Source of the DNA: Pseudomonadota bacterium
Lineage (GTDB): Bacteria; Desulfobacterota; Desulfobulbia; Desulfobulbales; CALZHT01
NCBI GenBank assembly: GCA_018823135.1
Contig: JAHJJF010000126.1
Location: 14,302 to 78,301, forward strand
Reading direction: 5' to 3'
DNA: 64,000 bases
The position numbers and the translations under genes were made by a program. Shown in pieces: positions 56,874-64,000 of the stretch. Every line of letters begins with the position of its first letter. The first letter of the stretch is position 1. Under the pieces are notes generated by a model, which saw nothing but the letters and a program-made list of their open reading frames with translations, did no database searches and was not told where the DNA came from.

Positions 56874-57620
56874 TCAACTATTAAATATTTTTTTAAAGAT
56901 ATCCAAAGGAACCGGAATAAGCGTGGACGTCTTATCCGACGTACCTATTTCACGGATGGTCTGCAGATAACGAAGCTGCAGGGCGGCTGGATGCTGGTCA
57001 ATGAGACTTGCTGCCTCGCAGAGCTTGGCAGCTGCCTGATATTCCCCGTCGGCATTGATGATGGCGGCACGCCGTTCCCTTTCGGCCTCGGCCTGTTTTG
57101 CCATGGCACGCTGCATGTTTTCAGGCAGATCAATTTCCTTGACTTCGACCTTATGGATTTTGACTCCCCAGGGTTCGGTTTCCTGATCAAGGATTACCTG
57201 CATTTTTTTATTGATTGCGTCACGTTCGGATAAAAGATGATCAAGGTCATCCTGACCGCAGATACTTCTGAGTGTCGTCTGGGCCAGTTGCGATGTGGCC
57301 ATCTGATAGTCCTCAACATCGATAAGCGACCTGACAGCATCCACCACCTTGAAATAGACGACAGCACTGACCTTTATCGAGACATTGTCCTTGGTAATGA
57401 CATCCTGACCAGGAACCTCCATGGTTATAGTTCGCAAATCGACCTTGGGCATTCTCTCAACAAGGGGAATAAGAAATACCAGGCCCGGTCCTTTGGTGCC
57501 GATAACCTTACCGAGGCGGAATAAAATGCCTTCCTGGAATTGACTGACCATCCTCACCGAAAGAAAAAAAAGAATTACGCATAACGGAAATAGAAAAATC
57601 ACCCAATACAGCGTCGTCAT
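56874..57620 (-). CDS. SPFH/band-7 (stomatin-like) protein
   Basis: FQEGILFRLGK...DLRTITMEVPGQDVITKDNV...REAAIINAEGE-like region. The ATG at 57620 follows GGGGGAG. Confidence 0.85.
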   Translation of the reverse strand: MTTLYWVIFLFPLCVILFFLSVRMVSQFQEGILFRLGKVIGTKGPGLVFLIPLVERMPKVDLRTITMEVPGQDVITKDNVSIKVSAVVYFKVVDAVRSLIDVEDYQMATSQLAQTTLRSICGQDDLDHLLSERDAINKKMQVILDQETEPWGVKIHKVEVKEIDLPENMQRAMAKQAEAERERRAAIINADGEYQAAAKLCEAASLIDQHPAALQLRYLQTIREIGTSDKTSTLIPVPLDIFKKIFNS

Positions 57621-57719
57621 ATGCTCCCCCAAAAAATGCCCATGCAAGAGTTTCTTTACAATTACTGAATACAACATCCCAAAACACTGAAATATCCCGA
57701 AAATCTTTTTACTGATTTA

Positions 57720-57757
57720 TACCACAGTGTGGTAGTGAATATGCCACATTGTGGTAT
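57720..57757. promoter_or_regulatory. Two palindromic operator-like sites 22 bp apart centre to centre
   Basis: TACCACAgTGTGGTA (57720-57734, perfect 7-1-7) and CCACAtTGTGG (57744-57754). They lie in the divergent SPFH/GNAT intergenic region. Confidence 0.5.
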
Positions 57758-57931
57758 AAATCTGCAAGGTTTTTCTTTATAAGAATGATCTATTTTGATA
57801 CACTTTTCTTATTACTATTTTCGGCATGAACGCTTACGGGTTGCAAACAATATGGCGGGATCAGTTGCCCGCATATTTTCCGATCCATGCGGATTGAAGC
57901 CCAGTGATTATCTTACTCGCAGGAGGTGCGC

Positions 57932-58528
57932 GTGGACTACCTTAAAGCTATTGAATACTCATCAAATCAAAAGGATAAAATTTCAAATATTGAGACAGTG
58001 ATCAGTGCCTTGTGGGAAAACCATAATACTGTCATCCGGACCGGATACGGGGAAGAATTCGATGTCAGGTTTTCTCAAAGAGAAAATTATTTTGATGTGG
58101 TGCTCAGCATAAAAAACAATGACATTGGCTTTATCACCTTGAAACAGAAAAACAGCGGCAGATATTCAATTGTCAACGACTCGTCAATCAATCCGCATCC
58201 GGCAATAACCCAGACCGCGGGCCATGGGCTTGCAGTAAAAGCAGAGCATCGAAAAAGAGGCATAGGCGCAGCCCTCCTGAGTCTCGGGGTCGGAATTGCC
58301 CAGAAAGATTATAAGGCCCGGAGCACTGATGAGCCTTTCGAAGTAATTGCAACCGATGTCACCGGCCTGGGATACGGCTGCTACCTGCATTTCGGGTTTA
58401 AAATTCTCCCTGGGATGAAAGAAACCACCGCACATTACCGAGATGCAAACCGTTTGCCGGAATTGAAAATTCTGCGGAGAAAGGCAGGCCTTCTCCAGCG
58501 CTTGAAAAAAAGAATGCATCGGGATTGA
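57932..58528 (+). CDS. GNAT-family N-acetyltransferase
   Basis: HRKRGIGAALL acetyl-CoA motif. The GTG at 57932 lies 5 nt after AGGAGG. Confidence 0.65.
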   Translation: MDYLKAIEYSSNQKDKISNIETVISALWENHNTVIRTGYGEEFDVRFSQRENYFDVVLSIKNNDIGFITLKQKNSGRYSIVNDSSINPHPAITQTAGHGLAVKAEHRKRGIGAALLSLGVGIAQKDYKARSTDEPFEVIATDVTGLGYGCYLHFGFKILPGMKETTAHYRDANRLPELKILRRKAGLLQRLKKRMHRD

Positions 58529-58643
58529 TTATACGTGTCCCTGGATCCCTTGTCGTCGCGGTGAAAGCCCAGATTCAAAGAAGAGCCTTACCGGGGGTGA
58601 TGACAGAGCAGGCTGGTTTGCCACCGCCACTGACGGATTCAAC

Positions 58644-58678
58644 AAAAAAAAGCCCCTCGATAATCGAGAGGCTTTTTT
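58644..58678. terminator. Bidirectional rho-independent terminator
   Basis: AAAAAAAA-AGCCCCTCGATAATCGAGAGGCT-TTTTTT. Confidence 0.75.
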
Positions 58679-58703
58679 GTTTCATATGAAATAATCCGGT
58701 TTA

Positions 58704-60149
58704 TTACGGCTCGTCATGACAAACACTGCAATCCTGGGAGATTGAATTTCCTTCAGGATTCAGGTGCTCTTCATCATGGCAACGGAAACAACCATAGCCC
58801 TCTTCGGCACGCTGGTGGCCGAGATGTTTCCCGTAAGTTCCCCATAAAACGTTCATCGCCGGCCAGACATTGCCTAAATATCCAGCAAGGAGATATTCCC
58901 CGGCCCGCTTGATATCAGCAGCATATTGCTTGGCCTTGGCAGGATCTCTTTTCTTCTGCAATTCCACCAGGTTTCTGACCATTATTTCCTGGGCCGCTTC
59001 ACGGCTTTCATATTCCTTGGTCAGAACCGCCAAACCATCTTCACGAATACCCGGAACATCAGGATTTATTTTTCTGCTGAGCAGTCCGGCATCAATTACC
59101 TCTTCAGGCATCTGATAGATGTGCGTCGGTCGATTATGGCAGTCAATACAATCCATGATCCGCCATTCATGGGTCTCATCCTCCGCAACATCGATGTCTT
59201 CCTTGACAAATTCATCATGGCTGCCGTCCGGGCGAGTAACCTTGACTCTGGCAATCTGAGTCCGTTTTGCATCGGCTGCAAGGTAACTCACCTGGACATC
59301 TTTACTGACATGCCAGTGAATACCTTCAAATGCATCAGTCTGAGGATTACGTCCACCGATATGCAAGGCGATTTCCGTGACTTCAGGTTGAGCCTGCTCT
59401 TCATTGGAAAAATGCTGGAATATTTTAATCTTTTTCCCATGAAACTTGTCCGGCCAATGGCATTCCTCACAGGTATCCCGAGCCGGGCGAAGATGTTCCA
59501 CCGGTGCCGGGATCGGGCGACTGTAACTACCCGCCATAACCGCCGCGACCTGGCGAAGACCTGAAATTTTCGCGCGAACGAACCAGTCGGCGCCCGGACC
59601 GATATGACACTCAACGCACTTTACTTTGACGTGCGGAGAGCGCTGATAAACTGCATATTCCGGCTCCATGACCGTGTGGCAGACCCTGCCGCAGAAAAAT
59701 GACGAATCGGTAAAATGATATCCCTCATAAGCGATTACCACCAGGATAGAAAGATTGATTACCGTAAGCGCGATAAATCCAACAAGCCATCTTCTATGCT
59801 TGTGATCACTGAGGTTAATATGAAGATGATCCCGTGCAATCCCGTATTTGCGCCAACGGCGGCGTCTTACAAATGCCGCGATGGGGATCAACAAGAGACC
59901 GGTTACCATCCCGCCCGGCAGCAACAGATACGTTGCCATGGCGGCATAGGGATTATGGATAAGCCCAAGGACATCCAGAGCCAGCCCGACGAGCATCAGG
60001 GTGATACTGACTGTAGTGATGGCAACTCCCATCAGGCCCAACGGGGAACGCCACATGCCGCGGATTATATAATGCCAGCCGCTTTTATAATTTTCCCTGT
60101 TTTCCGTATCCTGATCAGATAAATTTTGTTTGTTTTCGTCAACACTCAT
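58704..60149 (-). CDS. Integral-membrane hexaheme cytochrome c, NapC/NirT-related (three predicted N-terminal TM helices)
   Basis: Haem motifs are CGRVCH (CX3CH), CVECH, CEECH, CIDCH, CFRCH and CSVCH. FCGRVCHTVMEPEY matches the NapC/NirT first-haem context. Confidence 0.8.
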   Translation of the reverse strand: MSVDENKQNLSDQDTENRENYKSGWHYIIRGMWRSPLGLMGVAITTVSITLMLVGLALDVLGLIHNPYAAMATYLLLPGGMVTGLLLIPIAAFVRRRRWRKYGIARDHLHINLSDHKHRRWLVGFIALTVINLSILVVIAYEGYHFTDSSFFCGRVCHTVMEPEYAVYQRSPHVKVKCVECHIGPGADWFVRAKISGLRQVAAVMAGSYSRPIPAPVEHLRPARDTCEECHWPDKFHGKKIKIFQHFSNEEQAQPEVTEIALHIGGRNPQTDAFEGIHWHVSKDVQVSYLAADAKRTQIARVKVTRPDGSHDEFVKEDIDVAEDETHEWRIMDCIDCHNRPTHIYQMPEEVIDAGLLSRKINPDVPGIREDGLAVLTKEYESREAAQEIMVRNLVELQKKRDPAKAKQYAADIKRAGEYLLAGYLGNVWPAMNVLWGTYGKHLGHQRAEEGYGCFRCHDEEHLNPEGNSISQDCSVCHDEP

Positions 60150-60537
60150 ACTTCTATTACACTCCTTTCTTGGCGTTAAAAATTACACAACTTAACTCAA
60201 CACAAATATCCGCCCTCTTCAGCAGGAAAAGGAACGAAATCACAAAAACCGCATACAGGCAAATATCGCCAGGAGAGAAAAACGAAAGAATATCCGTGCA
60301 TATAAAATATCCACGGAAACCCGTCCAAACCTTTCAACTGTTTATAAATCCTGTCTGTCGTGAAAAAATTCTCCGAAACAAGGAGATATTGATCAAACTG
60401 CCTTAAATGAAAATTGTCGGCATCGTATTTATGCCCTGTGGTAAAAAAACACGATGAGGTCGCGTATTTCTCTTATTACTACATGAAATTACTGAAGGCG
60501 ATATTTCAGCATCCGACTTTTTGCGATGCCATCAAAA

Positions 60538-60963
60538 TTAATCGATTGATGAGGCGGCGACTTCTTTGGCTTCTATCATTGCCTTAATATAAACTCCGCA
60601 ACTTTCACAAAGTTTCAGTTCCTTGGCACATGCGGTGTTAGCTCTTTCCCAGCAGGGAATTGATCTATCCATAAAAGCCGAACATTTATCGCGTATTTCA
60701 GGATGACAATTCTTTATTTCCCAACAGGGTGTAAGTTCCAGCAGCATTTTAATCCCGGGAATACTGATTCCCTTCTCATGAATCAAGGCCCGGATACAAC
60801 GTACCCACTCAATGTCATCATTGGAAAAATAACGCTTATTGCCCCTTCTTGATGGTTTAATAAGCCCTTCCTGCTCATAAATCCGCAGAGTTCTCGGATG
60901 AACCGAGAGAAGTTTCGATGCAACGCTTATGGGATATATCGGATCACTGTTTTCAACAGCCAT
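60538..60963 (-). CDS. MerR-family transcriptional regulator with a Cys/Trp-rich C-terminal domain
   Basis: The N-terminus ISVASKLLSVHPRTLRIYEQEGLIKPSRRGNKRYF is a MerR HTH. The C-terminus is CWEIKNC...C...CWERANTAC...CESC, with 7 Cys and 2 CW pairs in about 48 aa. Confidence 0.75.
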   Translation of the reverse strand: MAVENSDPIYPISVASKLLSVHPRTLRIYEQEGLIKPSRRGNKRYFSNDDIEWVRCIRALIHEKGISIPGIKMLLELTPCWEIKNCHPEIRDKCSAFMDRSIPCWERANTACAKELKLCESCGVYIKAMIEAKEVAASSID

Positions 60964-61362
60964 TCTCTTCTCCTCGTTTCAGAAATGAAGACCGATGTCT
61001 CTTTCCGAAGGAACTGAGCTTTAATCAACAATAAAAAGGGATACGAATAAACCAAAAAAAAAAGAGACTTGTCAACAACAAAGGAAAGAAAACAATAGAA
61101 AAACATGATCCAGGTTTGGCATTTCCTTATCAGCCATCCATGTTTTCCCCAATCATATCAGCCATTGAGCCGGGATTCTCCAGCATATTCCTTCCTGCGA
61201 ATTCTCCAATGCAATCTACCATAAATATCAGGAGCCGGGGAGATTACAACCTTTTTTTAATTATCGATCAAAAATACAGGTTAAGACAGCTACCTGCAAC
61301 GGATTTGACAAAATTAACGGGTCAACTGCACAATAAATTATTTATAACATCGTCCGTCATTT

Positions 61363-62829
61363 TCATTCGGAACAGATCTGCAAAGCTTTACCCGCCGGCT
61401 TATTCTCTGCAAGAATAATATGGCATGACTCGCAATCAATGGTTATCACCTGACCGGATGCTGATTGCAATGATCCGTCGTGACATCGGAAACAACCGGC
61501 ATTAGCACCCTTGTGGCCGATGAAATTCTTATAGCTTCCCCAGGAAATCTTCATTTCAGGGAAAACATTTTCAGCATAGGCCTTTTGAACCCCCCTTACA
61601 GACTTGGCAAGTATTGTTGCATCGCTTTCGACTATTTCAGGATAGTTGTTTTTATACCAGCTCATTAACTGGATGGCGATCATGTTACTTGCTTTCTCCG
61701 AAGTTTCATACTCCTGGGTGATTATCCTAAGCCCCTCCCGCTTGATAAACGGCAAATCCGTTGATATTTCCCCGCTTAAAAGCTTTTTATCCAGAGCCTC
61801 GTCCGGTGCAAGGAAAATATGGGTCGGCCGATTATGACAGTCCATGCAATCCATGATCCGGGTGCTGCCAGAGGCGTAAGAATACTCATCCGGAGAATTT
61901 TCCTCTGCACACACGGGATCTCTGGAGTAAATCGTTTCCATCCCCTTTTTATCCACAAGGGTTACTTTATAAATATCTTCACGCGCCTGATCGGCATGAC
62001 TGTACTTGATGGTATTTTCCTGGGACACGTGCCAGTGAATGCCATGGGCCTTCTGGCCGCTGTACCCGCCGGAACCGACCTTCATGAGCAGAGCGGTCTG
62101 AACATGGGTATTTTTCTCATCGGGCAAAAATTTATCTTTAACATAAAGCTTATCGCCGTGAATCATTTCAGGCCGATGACACTCTTCACAGGTCTCCCTA
62201 AAGGGACGGAGACCGCCGATGGGGGTCTCTATGGGGCGGCTGTAAGTTTTCATGGCAACCGCGGCAAGCTGTTTCACCCCGGATATCTTAGAACGGGCAA
62301 ACCATTGCGCCGCTTCTCCCAGATGACATTCAACACAGGGCACGCGGGAATGGGGTGAATTCTGATAAGTAATGAATTCAGGCCTCATGACTTCGTGACA
62401 GAATTGGGCGCAGAAACTTACTGACTCTGTGTAATGAAAGGCTGAATAGGAAAACATCACAACAACTAAAAAGGTCAGATTGATAATGACCGTGGTCAAT
62501 AAAATGAGCCGCCGAACTCTGGTGAAACGTCCGGGTTTGGTAAATTGTTCTTTAAGATACTCAAAGGCATAAACACCGATTTCCTCGTCATTCTTACAAA
62601 ATAACACTCCAAAAAGAACCAGTACCAGACCGAGCACAAACACCGGTCCCATGACCATATAGGTGAGAAAGCCGAAATAGGGATTTTTGATAAGCCCTTG
62701 CATATCGAGAGCTGCGGAGATCAACAGAAAAGGAAACATCATCACCGACATGATGGCGCCGATTACCGCAACTTTACTGCGGGCAATTCCATCGAATAAA
62801 ATTCTCAGTATATCTCCGATTTTTGACAC
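61363..62829 (-). CDS. Integral-membrane hexaheme cytochrome c, paralog of 58704-60149
   Basis: Haem motifs are CAQFCH (CX3CH), CVECH, CEECH, CMDCH, CFRCH and CESCH. Blocks shared with the paralog include RIMDCxDCHNRPTHI and GIHWHVS. The GTG start follows AGGGA. Confidence 0.8.
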   Translation of the reverse strand: MSKIGDILRILFDGIARSKVAVIGAIMSVMMFPFLLISAALDMQGLIKNPYFGFLTYMVMGPVFVLGLVLVLFGVLFCKNDEEIGVYAFEYLKEQFTKPGRFTRVRRLILLTTVIINLTFLVVVMFSYSAFHYTESVSFCAQFCHEVMRPEFITYQNSPHSRVPCVECHLGEAAQWFARSKISGVKQLAAVAMKTYSRPIETPIGGLRPFRETCEECHRPEMIHGDKLYVKDKFLPDEKNTHVQTALLMKVGSGGYSGQKAHGIHWHVSQENTIKYSHADQAREDIYKVTLVDKKGMETIYSRDPVCAEENSPDEYSYASGSTRIMDCMDCHNRPTHIFLAPDEALDKKLLSGEISTDLPFIKREGLRIITQEYETSEKASNMIAIQLMSWYKNNYPEIVESDATILAKSVRGVQKAYAENVFPEMKISWGSYKNFIGHKGANAGCFRCHDGSLQSASGQVITIDCESCHIILAENKPAGKALQICSE

Positions 62830-62866
62830 GTCATTCCCTGTTTATTAAGTTAGTCGGGCCGGTATA

Positions 62867-64000
62867 TCAGACTTCAAAATTTTCCGTGACGATAGCCGGA
62901 CAGGCATTGCCTTCTTCCCCTGTCGCCTTTTTTTCACGCATCCTTTTCTGCGTGCATTCAAAGATTATTTCCATTTCCTCCCTATCGAGCACTTCCTCTT
63001 TTAAGAGAATCTCCGCCAGATGCTCGAGAAAATCCTTTTCTCTTGAAAGAATGCTTTTGGCCTTCTCATAGCATGAATCAATCATACTTTTGATCTTGCC
63101 ATCAATTCTCCTGGCGGTTTCCTCACTCATGGCGGCCATCATGCTGCCGCCGGAAAGGAATCCCTGGTCTCCCCTGGCCAGGGAAAGCGGGCCGATCACA
63201 TCATCCATGCCCCACTTACAGATCATATTGGTCGCAATCTCCATGGCCTGCTGAAAATCATCTTCAGCGCCGGTGGTTTTCTGGTTAAGCGCCACTTCTT
63301 CTGCCGCGCGCCCTCCCATAAAAATAGTTATGCGATTCAAGAGATATTCCTTGGAATACACCTGACGGTCATGGAGCGGCATCTGCTGGGTATGACCCAT
63401 GGCTCTGCCTCTGGGAATAATGGTGATTTTATGCAACGGGTCAGTCTCGGGGAGAAACCGTGCAAGAATCGCGTGCCCTGCTTCATGAATGGCAAGAGTC
63501 CTGCGGTCCTTTTCACCGATGACGAAATTCTTCCTTTCAACACCCATGAGCATGCGGTCCTTGGCTGCCTCAAAGTCGCTCATATCAATTGCGTCCTTTT
63601 CAGCACGACCCGCAATCAGCGCGGCTTCGTTCACCAGGCTTGCCAGTTCAGCTCCGGTAAAGCCGGGAGTGCTTCTTGCCAGATGCTCCAGGTCAAGGTT
63701 TTCCACCATCCGGATGCGCCGGGCATGTACTTCAATAATCTGCAGACGCCCCTTTACATCCGGAGGCAACACTGTGATCTGCCGGTCAAAACGCCTCGGT
63801 CTCAAGAGCGCCGTATCAAGAATATCCGGCCTGTTGGTCGCCGCAAGAACAATGACCGTTTCATCGGTGCCGAAGCCGTCCATTTCAACCAGCAATGCAT
63901 TCAGGGTCTGACCGCGCTCATCCTGGCCTCCTCCTGCTGCGCCGCCGCCGCCACGATGGCCGCCCACCGCATCAATCTCGTCAATAAATATGATACAGGG
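62867..64000 (-). CDS. ftsH: ATP-dependent zinc metalloprotease FtsH, C-terminal part; the gene continues beyond the right edge
   Basis: LLRPRRFDRQI (second region of homology) and the HEAGHAI zinc site. The frame stays open upstream of the ORF-track Met through IDEIDAVGG to position 64000. Confidence 0.9.
   Translation of the reverse strand, partial: PCIIFIDEIDAVGGHRGGGGAAGGGQDERGQTLNALLVEMDGFGTDETVIVLAATNRPDILDTALLRPRRFDRQITVLPPDVKGRLQIIEVHARRIRMVENLDLEHLARSTPGFTGAELASLVNEAALIAGRAEKDAIDMSDFEAAKDRMLMGVERKNFVIGEKDRRTLAIHEAGHAILARFLPETDPLHKITIIPRGRAMGHTQQMPLHDRQVYSKEYLLNRITIFMGGRAAEEVALNQKTTGAEDDFQQAMEIATNMICKWGMDDVIGPLSLARGDQGFLSGGSMMAAMSEETARRIDGKIKSMIDSCYEKAKSILSREKDFLEHLAEILLKEEVLDREEMEIIFECTQKRMREKKATGEEGNACPAIVTENFEV

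Noticed and set aside
60379-60398. Short dyad TCTCC-N7-GGAGA as a MerR operator upstream of the 58704-60149 cytochrome
   Set aside because: It has only 5-bp arms, and I could not place it between a convincing -35/-10 pair with the 19-20 bp spacing typical of MerR promoters. That is too weak to call.

Overview
The window looks like chromosomal DNA from a sulfate- or sulfur-respiring Desulfobacterota (deltaproteobacterial) organism. This is an inference from gene content; no database was searched. It is mostly core genome.

Minus strand, about 1-19.5 kb:
- a partial NuoL/HyfB-type antiporter-like gene
- an HTH-EIIA regulator
- tRNA-Arg(TCT)
- a cysteine synthase/CysRS fusion gene
- a complete dsrMKJOP operon
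- MBL-recD2
- an HDOD protein
- an LPS-heptose block (GT9, gmhB, waaF)

Plus strand, 19.9-28 kb: the conserved rpsB-tsf-pyrH-frr-uppS-cdsA-dxr-rseP-tsaB cluster.

About 29.4-33.1 kb: a visibly AT-rich islet. It carries a sigma-54-type promoter, a secreted protein with four exact IWGTGGTT repeats, a decayed PEP-CTERM pseudogene and an FkbM methyltransferase.

Downstream of the islet:
- hrpA
- an Mrp-type cluster in the order E-F-G-B-C plus three antiporter-like subunits
- a TauE/SafE permease
- a PstS-like binding protein next to a hybrid histidine kinase
- a GGDEF-PilZ protein
- an intact PEP-CTERM gene with its own sigma-54-type promoter
- an NrfD/NrfC/2x triheme cytochrome operon
- an SPFH gene and a GNAT gene
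- two paralogous membrane hexaheme NapC/NirT-like cytochromes flanking a MerR regulator with a Cys/Trp-rich tail
- the 3' part of ftsH

No CRISPR array, transposase, integrase or recognisable defence genes were seen.

The candidates most worth follow-up are the IWGTGGTT/sigma-54 islet, the cytochrome-MerR locus, the NrfCD-triheme module and the CysK-CysRS fusion.

All calls rest on reading the supplied translations and the sequence by eye. No homology search, HMM or folding computation was run.
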